Assembly (NCBI RefSeq): GCF_009914755.1
Contig: NC_060932.1
Direction: 5' to 3' (one strand)
DNA from: the human T2T-CHM13v2.0 reference genome, Homo sapiens
Length of the DNA stretch: 64,000 nt
Under the pieces are notes generated by a model. It was not told where the DNA came from and did not search any database. It worked only from the letters and a program-made list of their open reading frames with translations. This document shows, one piece after another, positions 40,480 through 56,130 of the stretch (its first letter is position 1; every line of letters starts with the position of its first letter). Position numbers and translations under genes: made by a program.

Positions 40480-41095
40480 CTAACATGTTTAGAATGTGCC
40501 AGGCAGTGTTCTAATAGCCTAACATGAATTAATGAATTTAAAGTAAATTAATTCATTTTAAGTCTCAGAAAAGCCCATTTGGGATGATTACTACTATTAT
40601 TCTGTTGTTTTGAGGTGGACAGTTCTGTAGATACCTGTCAGGTCTGCTTGATTCAGAGTCGAGTTCAGGTCCTGAATATCTTTGTTAATTTTCTGTCTCA
40701 ATGATCTGACTAATATTGTCAGTGGGGTGTTAAAGTCTCCCACTATTATTGTGTGGGAGTCTGAGTCTCTTTGACAATCTCTAAGAACTTGCTTTATGAA
40801 TCTGGGTGCCCCTGTATTGGGTGCATATATATTTAGGGTAGTTAGCTCTCTTGTTGAATTGAACCCTTTCCCATTATGTAATGACCTTCTTTGTCTTTTT
40901 TAATCTTTGTTGGTTTAAAGCCTGTTTTGTCAGAAACTGGGTTTTGTTTTATCTTCCTATTATGAAAGAGGGAATGAGGTTCTTAGAGGGCTAAATAGCC
41001 TACTGACATTCCCCAGCTAAAAAAAAAAAAAATGGCAGAAGGACAAGAGCCATCTCTACAGCTGGAGCACCAAACCCCCGCATCACACTGCTTAT
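40480..41095 (-). mobile_element. MIR interrupted by an L1 fragment
   Basis: TGTGCCAGGCAGTGTTCTAA left; GAGG..C..AGAGG..AAATAGC...CCCAGCTA..ATGGCAGA right. Confidence 0.7.
40598..40941 (-). mobile_element. Isolated internal L1P ORF2 endonuclease-region fragment
   Basis: Homologous to 1-183 plus further ORF2 sequence; no 3'UTR or poly(A). Confidence 0.92.
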
Positions 41096-41814
41096 CACCA
41101 ACGCAGTAGAATCACTGGTGATTCCTACTAAGCTGAGTCCAATTCTAGAAAAAAATCTGTGACTTGTGTTTGTTTATTTAGTTTTAAAGGAAATACAACT
41201 AATAACATTTATTAAAAGCAATTTTTAGTGTTGGATTTGATTTCAGCAACATTTTAGCAAATGCTCATTTCTATATGACCTGATCTTATGTTTATGGATG
41301 ATTTGTTTTGCTTTGCCTTTGATGTTTATATTTGAAGTGCTACCAAATTTATTTAGTTGTTTACTTCTTTGTGTGTTGGTATTTCCTTCCTTCCACTAAT
41401 AGCGTAAGCTCTGTGAAAGAAGTGCTCAGCAATAGTAGGAATTTTTTAAGTGTTTGTAGAATGATTAAAAGAATGAATGAATGAAGTTAAAAAGTTAACT
41501 GTTTATTTAGCTTATAGTGACCTGGTATCTTTATAAACATAGTCTACATAGTCTTAAATGGAGAACTACTGTTAATAACTCAATTGTTTTAGAAAGATGA
41601 GACAAATGAATTATTTAAAATCCTTGCATGTCTATGATTTTGTTAAACGAAATGTACTTAATGACTCATATTCTTCATATAAGTGTGTGGTTAATGATTC
41701 ATATTTTCAACACAAGTATGTACTTATTTATTTTTAATTGATGTAAAATGAAATGATCAGTGAAGAGTTGTGTTTAAAAATATTTTCCTTACAATTCCCA
41801 ACAGCTTTAATAAT

Positions 41815-42170
41815 AAGCAGTCTCATGCTTGTTTGTTTTTAACTCCAGACTTTGTATATATGATTTCCTCTCCCTATAATGCTCAATGCATTACCCTTCA
41901 TCTTATTAGCTCCTTTTTATCATTTAGATATTAGCTTCCACATCTTTTCCTCCAGGAAACATTTCTAGGCCCTTCAAGTTGGGCCAAGTGTACATTCTCT
42001 GCTACCTCTCTGGCTGCCTTCATAATGCAGTGTAGCTTACTGGTCTTACTGGATGGTTTCCCCAAACCCATATTGTTCTCGATGTTAAGACTCTCTTTAG
42101 CACCTAGTACAGGAGCTGACAGAGAAAAACATAAATATTGAATGAGTTGAGTGAATAAATGAATGAGCAT
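41815..42170 (+). mobile_element. L2 3' end
   Basis: TTCCTCCAGGAAACATTTCT...TAGCACCTAGTACAG...ATAAATATT GAATGAGTTGAGTGAATAAATGAATGA. Confidence 0.75.
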
Positions 42171-42666
42171 CAATAACTAAGAAAGTGGGCATGCTATAAG
42201 AATTATTCTCAAGTAACAGTAAATGAGTTTGTAAAACAGAATAGGAGCCCCAGGCAGGAATCAGAGGGACACATTTAGACTGCCCTGCATAACTCAAATG
42301 GTCATAATGGTTTCTGGCATTTTGAAAGCTGGGCATGTATCTATCAGCTCATGCCACGTAATTTCCAACCTTCTATGCCAATCCCAGAAGCAAGGAGAAT
42401 GAACATAAAACCAGGGAAAATGAATAAGAAACACTTGGTGAGGAAACAGCAACTGCAGGAAGGGCACAGTGAGCCAAATGTAAGGACAGTTTCCCAGGTG
42501 GGTGGAGAAACCCATGAAACATTGGAAACTGTAAGAGAAGCAGGCAAGAGAAACTGCAGAACCCAAGAGAAACTGCACAGTACACCAACAGCAGCAAAAG
42601 TGAAGGACACCACAAGGTAGTGATACCACAAGGATAAAGGAATAGTGGAGGAGAGCAAGATAGTAT

Positions 42667-43107
42667 TGCTAAAAGAAAAACTTCAGCCGAATTAAATTCA
42701 AAGGACTTTAATTGAGCAATGAAGGATTCAAAAATCAGGCAGCCCCCAGAATCACAGCAGATTCAGAGAGACTCCAAGGATGCCTCATGGTCAGAACAAA
42801 TTTATAGACAAAGAAAGTAAAGTGAGATATAGAAATCGGAAGTGAGGTACAGAAACAGCTGGATTGGTTATAGCTCGGGTTTGCCTTATTTGAACGCAGT
42901 TTGAACACTCAACAGTGTGTGACTGGTTGAAATATGGCTGCTGGGATTGGCCAAGACTCCCGAGGTTAAGGTAATGTTACAGGCGTACACTCCTAAATTA
43001 GGTTTGCAGTCTTGTCTACCTATTAAGTTAGGTTGCAGTTCATCCACAAGGACTCAAATATAGAAGTATGGAGTTCTTCTCAGTCCATACTTAAGTTTGC
43101 TGTAACA
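42667..43107 (-). mobile_element. ERV1 solo LTR, MER57-like
   Basis: CCACAAGGACTCAAATATAGAAGTA.GGAGT.CTTCTCAG..CATA...GTTTGCT.TAACA; 4-bp TSD GTAT (42663-42666 / 43108-43111). Confidence 0.88.
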
Positions 43108-44563
43108 GTATGACTAGTATTATGTGCAGAGGGCAATACAGCTCTAAGAGAAACAGTTATAATTGAGCTCTGTTCTGCTACAGTCAATAGAAGTTTCCTC
43201 TGACATATACTTGGTAACGCTGTTACCCTTCGTTTGCCTTTGTGCATACCTAAGACATCTTCCAGGACTTTTGATTCTCTTGATAATGAGTCAGCATGAT
43301 GATGGGCCAGGGTCTTGTAAGGAGAGCTCACTTTTTGGAATGGATCTTCCTCTAGCTTTGTTATTCTCAGCTCAGATTTCATCCTGCCTGAGCCCTTATA
43401 GTAGAACAGTAGGTAGCTACCTAACAACATCTGAGACCCTGGACATTCCGCCTTTCTCCTCAACACACAGTTCTTTAATGCTACCCTGATAGCTGTTTTC
43501 TTCAAGGACTTAGGTGAAGCTGCAGACTGTCTCATCAAATGAGTGTGTCATCAGCTCTCTGACAACATATTGTAGAGTGCTTCTCAAATGTTAATGATCA
43601 TTATTGGGGTCGATAAAATATATTATTCAAAAATTACAATACAAAAAAAGTATGTTACAAGTGCCTTAAATTGTCAGAGAAAGGAGAAATAATTTATACT
43701 TGGAGTGACTAAACAAAAACTCCAAGGGGATTAGATGAAAATTATGTTGTTTCTGTCCAATAAGCTACCCCTTGAGCAATCTAACATTTATCACAAATTC
43801 TGTTGGTGAATCTGCTATCTCAGTGACTAGCTCTATTTGAAAGAAAAAGATAGTTTCTATTTTCAAGCAGAAAAATATGAATTACTTGTCTAAAGTATTA
43901 ATAGAAAGATGTTTAATCAGTCCTTAGTCTCTTTCTATTGTGCAATACAGATGAGAAATAATTTCAAAAACGATGTGGAAGGATGCAGTGTGCCATGCTA
44001 GGGTGAAATGGTTACCCAGAAGACATCTCTTATTTGGGGTTCCTTCTCTGTATAGACGCTTATGTGAGCTTAAATTTTTTCATGTATGCTTTTCTTTAAA
44101 GCCCATCAGAGTATAAGAAAAACTGAATGTCTGTTAGCCATATTAATGAGTGAATGAATGGTTTCCTGTATGTGTTCTGTTGTAGGTCCATTAAATGAAA
44201 GCACTGAAACAAATTAGGGCTTTACTTAATGTGTATATTAATTGGCTCAAGCCTATTAACATACAAAAAGTTAATTAGCAAGTCAGGACTTGTAGTAATG
44301 TCTTAAAGGTGGTTGTAAAACTTATGTAAAAGACTTTTTCTCCAAACCATTCCACTTCTCTAACTTGGAAAGTTTATGTAATTATGAAATCTGATCCTTA
44401 AAGGATGTAGCAAAACCAGTGGTCTTTCTTACTAAATTTGTTGGCCCTGCACCTAGCCTCCAACATTTTTATAATGGTGCTTCTCTTTCATGGAGCTTCA
44501 AAAGTCATTACAAGAAATTCTACTCCTTTGTTCTTCCCTTTTTAATAATTAAAAAAATCATCT

Positions 44564-44830
44564 GGCTGGGCTGGGTGGCTCAAGCCTGTAATCCCAGCAC
44601 TTTGGGAGGCCGACGCGGGTGGATCACAAGGTCAGGAGACCGACATTCTGGCTAACACCGTGACACCCCATCTCTACTAAAAACACAAAAAATTAGCAGA
44701 GCCTGGTGGCGGGCGCCTGTAGTACCAGCTACTCCTAGGCTGAGGCAGGAGAATGGCGTGAACCTGGGAGGCAGAGCTTGCAGATCGCGCTACTGCACTC
44801 CAGCCTGTGTGACAGAGCGAGACTCCACTA

Positions 44831-44860
<30 letters not shown>
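44564..44860 (+). mobile_element. AluY-like
   Basis: CTGGCTAACAC, GAATGGCGTGAACC; ~29-nt A tail; TSD AAAAAAATCATCT. Confidence 0.93.
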
Positions 44861-44865
<5 letters not shown>

Positions 44866-45194
44866 CTATGGGATATTTTACTTCCATAGTACACTTAAGT
44901 TTTTCTTGCCTCAATCAATTAAAATATACATTTGTTAAAAACCTTTATTTGCAGAGTAATTGTCCAAGCTGCCCTTTAGGATGAATCAGTAGAGCTTAAA
45001 GATGATTTGTTACAATATTAAATCTAACAAGCAACTGATTTGTAATTTTCTAAAGATATTACGGGGTGAAGAATCAAAATGGACAGCATCTAGAAATCTG
45101 TCAAAATCTAGATGCCTTCTTATTACAACTTACTTCATTTTAATATTGGGAAGTTAGCTTAACTTCAAAAGATTTTGTCTCATAATACTCTATT

Positions 45195-45890
45195 ATTATT
45201 AGTTTGATAAATTTCAAGTATACAGAAAAGTATAGAGCAAATATCCCAAATACCTGTGTGTCTTTTGCCAGTTTCATTCTCTCCTGTCTTCCACACTGCA
45301 GCATTTGGTGTTTATTTTTTCCAATAATCTCTTAGTGTTTCACTCTATAGTTATAGACTCATAAACAATATGGTATTGTTTTGCATATTTAAGCTTTATT
45401 TAAATATTAGTACATAAAATTTAAATATGTGCAGTATAACACCATTATTGCTTTTTCTGCTGAACATAATGTTTTTGATATTTATCCATATTGTTGTATG
45501 TAGTGCTAGTTCATTTACTTTAACTTCTATGTTGTATTCTATATAGAGGAATGAACATTTATGTTGTTTCTAATTTTTATTCTTATAAACTCTTGCCATT
45601 TATGCATATCGTCTTGTACACATGCTACAAGAATTTCTCTAAGCTTATCGGTGTGAAATTACTAAATCATAGCATTTGTGCAGATCTTCAACTTCACTAA
45701 GTCTGGAGCTTTCAGTTTGCACTTATCCCTCCAGGACATAGACTGCATATTGCACTGATATCAATCAGTTCTTTCTCACTATAAAATTTTTTTTTAATCT
45801 TTTGAGTGTGAAGTGATATCCAGTTGTTGACTTAATTTGCATTTGTCTGATTAGTGTGAGCTTGAGCATTTTTGCTTATTTGCTTTATGT
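45195..45890 (-). mobile_element. L1ME 3' region
   Basis: AAATTTCAAGTATACAGAAAAGTA...TTTTTGA.ATTTATCCAT.TTGTTG motifs. Confidence 0.75.
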
Positions 45891-45907
45891 ATTTTTTAAA
45901 AATTTTA

Positions 45908-48504
<2,597 letters not shown>

Positions 48505-50475
48505 CGTGAAAGTTGTCAGAATCAAAATGAAGGCACTGGTATTAAAAACCACCACAAATACAGCTTGGGAAGGGCATGAAGGGGGGCTTCTCCGGAACAA
48601 ATGCCTGATAACAAGAACTATCATAAAAGATTCTGCAAAAAACACCTTGTGCAAAAGGCCATCACAACCTTACACACACACATAAGTCTTGTGGACATCT
48701 GCCTATCATCTGTTTGTCCAAACTCAGACTGGTATCATACTTGTTATTAATACATGTAGTCAAGGATAATTATCTCAAAACTATTATTTAATTATTCTCA
48801 TTTTTTCTTTAAAAACTTTTTCTTGTTTTTTTTTTTAACTTCCCTGAATATGCACGTGGCTTACTATGGCACATGTATTCCCATTGCAATGCCTATTCTA
48901 GGAAGAATATTATTTTCTTTTAGAGAGTCTCCCTTGCAGTTTGTTATTTATTGACAAAATGGTGTCAGAAGTTAAACCAAAGTGAGCTCACCTAGGTTCA
49001 ATAGGTGGCTCCTGGAATCATGTAAGGTAGCAATTGAGCCCTTTGCACTCTTCATTTCCATGAGTCACCTTTTCTGTGCTGGTAAATCTCCTCTCAGATT
49101 CTTTTACTTCTTCCTTTGTTGAGTTCTTTTTAACTTTATTCAAGATCTGATTTGGCTATAAATAAGGCTGCCCTAAATAAAGGACCTTGTATCCGTCTTA
49201 AGACTATGAAAGTTTTTTCTGTTGTTTTTGTGGCAAGCCCTTTCTGGTATAAAGACAAATGTCCTTCTGGTTAAGTACTCTGGTTTTTACAGAATTTACA
49301 TTGTGTCTATGAGGGTGTCTTTTTTGGTGAATTCACTTTTGATTCTGCATAACAGGTTTGATATTTGTTTGATCTGCATACCTGGGTTAAAATGTTTGTG
49401 AGTATTCTGATTTTGGTTTCATTTTGGTTATGCATGTCTGTAAATGATTTGACTCCTTTTCCCTTGCATGTTTCTGAACATTTCCAAGAGCAAAAATAAA
49501 CATTCTAAATGGTGGACATGGAATGGCCAACAGAGCAGTCATACTACCATCTACAACACCTGTTCAAATTACTGACATTCCCTGAGAGAATTTATAGGAA
49601 TGTCTTTGCTCTTGAGAGAATAATGAGAAATGGAATTGGATTCTTAAATATTAAGGCATACCAAAACTTTCTCTGACTCCTGATGGCTACATAGATTTTC
49701 CTCATGCATGTTTTCAAATCCATAACCATCAGGGGGATTATTTGAACTCCCCCCAAGTCTGTTGTTTTTTTTTTTAAGAGAATTGTAACTATACAGTTAA
49801 CAGATAGAGCCTTCCAGGTTCTGCCTATCTCACTGTTTCTTTGCCTGCCTACTTTGAATCTGCTGACTTTTCTGCTGATGTTGAGATAAACTTACTGCTT
49901 ATGGCATTCCAGCCAAGATAGAAAAAAAAAGTCTTAAAGAACTTTGAGATTAATGCCTTACAAAGTACAGTAGTTCCATGGCAACCAATACCTAGATTTC
50001 TTTTTGAGATGTTAATTTTGGCTTGCCTAACAGTTCCTTAGTGTGATGAAGCAGTTAGTTGAAGAGTTGATATTTTAAAATAAAAGAGCTATTTAAATGT
50101 TTATAAAAGTTACCAAATCAACAGTGTCAAATTATTGAACTCAGAGAAATAGTATAAAGTATCTCTGTCAGCATTGAAATTGCTGTATCTGTCACACAAG
50201 GTCTAGAAATTGCTGAAGAAAAAAATAATAACTTAAAAAAATGTATAATTTCTTCCTGGCCACATTGACTACAAACCAGACCAGCAAACAAAAGAATAAT
50301 CTGTTAGTAGTTCAAGGATGCTTGGACAGTTTGTTTTTCTTATATGATTCAGCCAGTCCTACGCGAAATGTAAACATTTAAAAATTTAACTCCTTAAACT
50401 TGCTTGAAGCTGAAAAAAGAAAATGGGGGGGAACAAAAGACAAAAAGCATTAAAAAATCAAACTGCTGTGGAAAT
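48505..50475 (+). mobile_element. MER65-like ERV1: 5' LTR (48505-48956), PBS and ~1.5 kb internal region; 3' part absent
   Basis: GTGAAAGTTGTCAGAATCAAAATG start, TTGACA end; TGGTGTCAGAAGT at 48960-48972 complements the tRNA-Leu(CAA) 3' end. Confidence 0.78.
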
Positions 50476-51269
50476 TGCATACATGTATATATACACATCT
50501 ATGCACACACACATACACAAACACATGATCATATATGTATTCCTCTAGTAATTTGTACTGAAGTACCTTGACCATATTTATTTTCATAATTTGGCTGTTA
50601 TAAACGGAAAAATCTTCTTTTCACTAGTAACTGGCCTAGTATCTGTTCAATATTATTAAGGAATTTTTATCAAGAATGAAACAGCTAGCACTACCTATTG
50701 TATTAAAATTGTAAAACATTATTATTAAATTTTTAAAATTGTAAAACATTCTGTACATCTCAACTATGGGCAAGAATGTGGTGTTAGAAAATCATTTTCT
50801 ATGACTGGACTTGGAGCAGACCCAGAAGAAATGCAGCAGGAATTCTACAAAGTCCAGCTACCTTAGACGTGGAATTGCTTCTTTTGAAATTTAAAACCAA
50901 TGAAAGTAGATGCACCAATCAAGTCTATATGAGCCTTCAGTTGTAAATGTGTTTCATTTCAAGACTGTCTGTAGTAAATCTTAGAGAACATTTTTAAACA
51001 TAAGCAGATAAACATGGTATATCGTGAGTCATAGAGTAACTTAACTTACCCTTCTGTTGCTTTATTTTATTAATGATTACTGGGTTGATGTCTTGCCATG
51101 TCATCTTATCCTCAAAGTCTGTGAAAATTATGCTCCTGTTTTCTGTTTAATACCCCTGCAAAGCCAAGTTCAGACAACATATTTTGTTGTTGTTTTAAAG
51201 GCAGCCTGTTTTCTTATATCTCTCTCTCCATCTTTTCACTTTTCTTAGTCTATCTTTTTTTAAACAATT

Positions 51270-52030
51270 TTTTTTCTTAATTCTTTCAAGAACCATCTAC
51301 ATAGATTATGTTTAGGTGTTTTTGGAATACAATGAAACTAGTTTTTATATGCATAGTAAGAACTTTTTAAACCTTCTTGATTAAAAGACTTAGTTCCATT
51401 TTAAAAATTGTTATTCTACTTCAGTTATTATTTCTTCCTCTGAGACAATCCATTGGTTACCTGTTTTCTACCCTCCAGACTTATGGTCCCCTTGTTTCAC
51501 TGTCTTTAGCTTTTCTACTGAATTCTGGGAGAACTTTCCCTGTATCCAGTTCCTTGATTTTATGTTCTGCAATATAAATTCTGCAAGGTAAATTTTTGCC
51601 TTTCAATATGGATTTTAATTCTGGGTTTCTGTTTTGTAATAATTTCATTTAATAAACTTGAATTCATTCTTTATTTCACGTACCTCCATTTATTTAATAC
51701 ACTTTAAAATAATTATTTAATACACTAATAAATAATTTGTACTTAATATACTTTAATGCATTCTTTATTTCACATACCCCTATTTTATTGTATGTTGCTG
51801 TTTCTAGTTTCAGACTATTCTGCTTTCTGTGAACAGTGAGAATGCTAAGGAAGTTTCTAAAACTTTCTTTCAGTTCCCATGGTAAATTATTTTCAGTGCT
51901 CAGCCCCGCCTTTATTTCTGACAGAGAAGTCTCCATTTACCTTCTTTGCCAAAGGATTATCAAAATGCCATTCCATTCCTTTTCTGTTTTGCTTTTTTTT
52001 CTATTTACTATACTTGATGATAGAAACCTG
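51270..52030 (-). mobile_element. Very old L1ME/HAL1-like fragment
   Basis: T-rich minus-strand L1-like composition, weak motif recall only. Confidence 0.35.
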
Positions 52031-53783
52031 TGTCAGAGATATATCTTAGTCCTGGTTTAAACAATGAAAACATAATGGTTTTAATACTGATTAGATACTG
52101 TGAGATAGAGAAAGCCAAACTGATTAACTTGGAGATCCATCAGATTTTAACAAGGAATTTATAAGGACTGAAACATGAATCTTTTGCCTTTATGTATAGG
52201 GCATTTACTTAAAAAAAGAAAAAAAATGTTTTAGGTCACACACACATATATTCTTTAAGTAATATTTAGTGTTTAGGTAGATACTGAAGATTATTAATCT
52301 TCAGTCTTATTTCTCTAGAAAGACTTAAAATGTCATAAATAGATGCAACTTGTTTTCTCTTAATTTTGTAAGATGAGTAGAAAGTTAAGTCATTATTTTC
52401 TCTGAATTTTGGTACTGATATATTTCCTTTTCATGTTTCTGAAAAAATATATGGTATTCTTCTTGAATGAGAAGAAAACTGTCAGCTAAGTGAATACCTT
52501 TAGACATTCATCCATTTATCTGGTTGTGGAGATTCGCATCATATATTTTGTGTCATAATTAAGTAGTTGAAACAATAGATGTTATTTAACTATGGGTATA
52601 CTTCCTTATAGTTTTGATAGCTATAATTTAAAATTTATATACTTGTCTATATGCCAGATTCATTCTAAAATTGTATTGTTCTCAATTCATTTTTATTTTA
52701 TGTTTCCTTGTTTTATGAAGACAGCAAGCAATTAGAATCTCATAAAATCAAAACTTCATGAAGTATTTACAAAAGACAACACACATAGAGGCACAGATAG
52801 ACCACTTTTTATAAGAGTCTCTATCTTTTACCTTTTGATTTTAAAATAAACCTTTTAACAGTCCCTTCTCTGTCTTTTTGCAGGCATTTTTAAAAATTAT
52901 ATTTTCTATTGTTGGTTTTCCTTTAGAAAAGAAAGAACATTCTTACACCTACCAGCAGGACAAGCAAATTCTGCAAAGCAACTTTGCAAAACACTTTTAA
53001 CAATTGTAGAATTTGTATATTTCCTTTGACTCAGGATGTCTAATTCTAGAAAGTTAACTTGAGAAAATAGTCTTGGGTTATTCAAAAATATCACTAGAAA
53101 GAGAGGCATTATGTAGCTATTTAAGGTAGTTAAGTGCCAGGATCTGTGTGAAGTGCTACATTTCATCCCAAATATTATCCCTTTTTGGTTCGGATAAATA
53201 GAGGTTACTCTAAAAGACTGCCAAATTTTAGACACATTTCTTACAATAAAAAACATTTTATGTTGATAGCTGTACCATCAAATGAATAAAATATGTGTTA
53301 TAAAATCTTCCTGGCCAGGTTTACTTTTAAGATTTCTAGGCTGAAATTCTACTAACTTTATTTGAAATAGCTGTATGATTTCATAATTGTTAAGAGAGTT
53401 CTTAGAGAAAACATCAGAAATCCTGACTACACACCAATATTTTTGGATACCTTTATTCTCACTGAGAGAGGAGAGATTATACTGATCTGTTTTGCTCTTA
53501 TGCCTTATTTATACTCTGCCAGTTTGGAAATTTAGAACCCTTCCAAACCAAGGCTTTTTGGAGTTATTTCAGATTTACAGTTTAGGTCTCATGAAGATTT
53601 TTATAGTTGAAATAATGGATCATTTGATGTAAGGTTGCAAGGCAAGCAAAGCAAGTCAAACACTTACTTAAAAGAAGATTAAAGTTACACATCTATTGCA
53701 CTGAAGAAAATGAGTTGCCATTAATTGCAGCAGTCCATCAACAAATGTACTTTATTATCACAAATGTGTGCACTGTCACTTCA

Positions 53784-54236
<453 letters not shown>

Positions 54237-55944
54237 TTAGTGGCTGTCTCTGGAGTTAAGTCATGTTTAGCTAGTGCTATTCACTCAAAATTCCATTTAA
54301 AGTATTTTCTTTACTAGACCATAGTAGACTTCTACAGAGACTAAGAATATTCATAAGTACTGGCAATTGCAGCCTAACTCTAGTTAGCATAAATTGGCAA
54401 ATGAAGTTCAAATTATGCATTGGCTTCTGCAGGAGTGATGCAGTACATCAGTTACCTGAGAATTCAGGAGTCCAGGCTAAGGAAAATGGTTTGTTAGCTT
54501 TAATCAAAATAAGAAGTATTTTCCCTCCTAAGAAGGTTGCTTCTATGTTTCAACTGTGAGTGTGAACCATGAAATAAGAGCTTCTTGGTGCAAATTGTAC
54601 ATTGATACAGTCAATTCTCATGGTTTACTTAAAAGCTTCACATTGTTTAACTATTAAAGAAAATCTTGGCAAATTAAACAGTTCTAGCAGGGTTAGGGGA
54701 GGATTGAAAGATTGAAGTAAATCTGACAAAGCCCAAATCAATAGAAATTCAAACAAATGTGTGTTAAAACTGGCTATTTAAACCAAACTTTAGTCTGTAA
54801 TGTTATAGCATATTATCTACCTAGTCCATTTATTTGGAACACAGTGGATCTTTTGAACATATGTTACTGAACTTGGGAAAAGATAATCACAACTAAATCC
54901 TGTATGCACATAAAAAGAGCTGCACAACTTTGTGGCAACATTTGCACAATTTTTGCTTCTTTCTTTGTGTGTTGTCAATCATTAATTATTTCATTTTCAG
55001 GACTTCTTATGTGTAAATGCTCTGTTCCCCTACACCAAATTAAATAATCCACACTACCTTAATGAAAATGAATTATTTGAAACAAATTGATTATTCTCAA
55101 TATTGAATTCAAAGTCAACCTTACACATTTTGAATTAACCAGACCAGCTTTTTCACTCTCCAGCCTCTGGATCATAAGCATGCCATTTAAACTCAGAGAT
55201 TTAAATCTGTCACCTATTAAATGGGACCGATGTCATCAGGCCTATATTCTTCACATAGTGTGAAGATCAATTATATAAGGTCCATGAATCCTATGAAGTA
55301 CAGTTCAAATGCTGTGTATCAATATTGATAAGCACTGCAGGTTTTTCCTTTGAAAACATGTTTGAAACCCACTGATAGCACACCCTGGAAATGAGTAAAT
55401 CTGAACCACAGGCCATGACAATCATTCAAGGTGCTGTGCTGGAGGGAGAGCTCAGACCTGAGAGTCAGAGAGATCTGATTAAGACATAGTTTAGGCTACT
55501 TAGTATCCATGAGCCCACATTTTATATATTTAGCCGTTCTGAACTTCGATTGATTTTTTGATTCATAAGCGTAAATACTACTATTATATTTAGGACTGTC
55601 AAATGTTAACTCTACCACCTAAATTACCAATCGGAGAGACAGAAGATGACATTTCATAAGGTATATTCATATACTCAGAACACAACCTACTGCCTGGACA
55701 GATTATATGGGATAAAAGAAAACCAGTTACAGAAAGAATCTTTAATGATATTAAAATGCTTAATTTACATGTACTCCTAAAACTCTAATTGAATATATAT
55801 GTTTAACAATAAATTCTAAGGATTTGTTTTTGACAAAATTTCAGTCCACAGACTTTGATGCTGCTGTTCTGAGTCATTTTTGTTTGCAGCAGTTTCAACA
55901 TGTTCTTACCTTTATATTATACTTGCTCTTGTTCACTTAAGGAG

Positions 55945-56130
55945 TTCTTACTTGGATTTCTTACTTTCTGTGAGGCACTATGTTAGGTGCTGGGAAGACA
56001 AAGAGAAGAGATGCAATCTCTCTCCTAATGGTGCTCATATGCAGTCACTAATGAAAATTGTTCCAATAAAATGTAAAATGTTGAACTGCAATTGTATTAG
56101 GAGTGAGGAGCACTACGCTGAGCTATGAAA
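55945..56130 (-). mobile_element. L2 3' fragment
   Basis: AGGCACTATGTTAGGTGCTGGGAAGACAAAG...TCCTAATGGTGCTCA. Confidence 0.6.

Noticed and set aside
40760-40941. Apparent segmental duplication of 1-183
   Set aside because: Shared L1 ancestry; several diagnostic differences argue against a local copy.
42294-42658. Four overlapping ORFs in purine-rich sequence
   Set aside because: Compositional bias reduces stop codons; no homology recognised.
43080-43538. 152-aa minus-strand ORF
   Set aside because: Non-ATG start, no recognisable domain, and it ends inside the MER57-like LTR; consistent with chance.
52906-53256. 116-aa minus-strand ORF
   Set aside because: AT-rich, with no motif or exon structure I can support.
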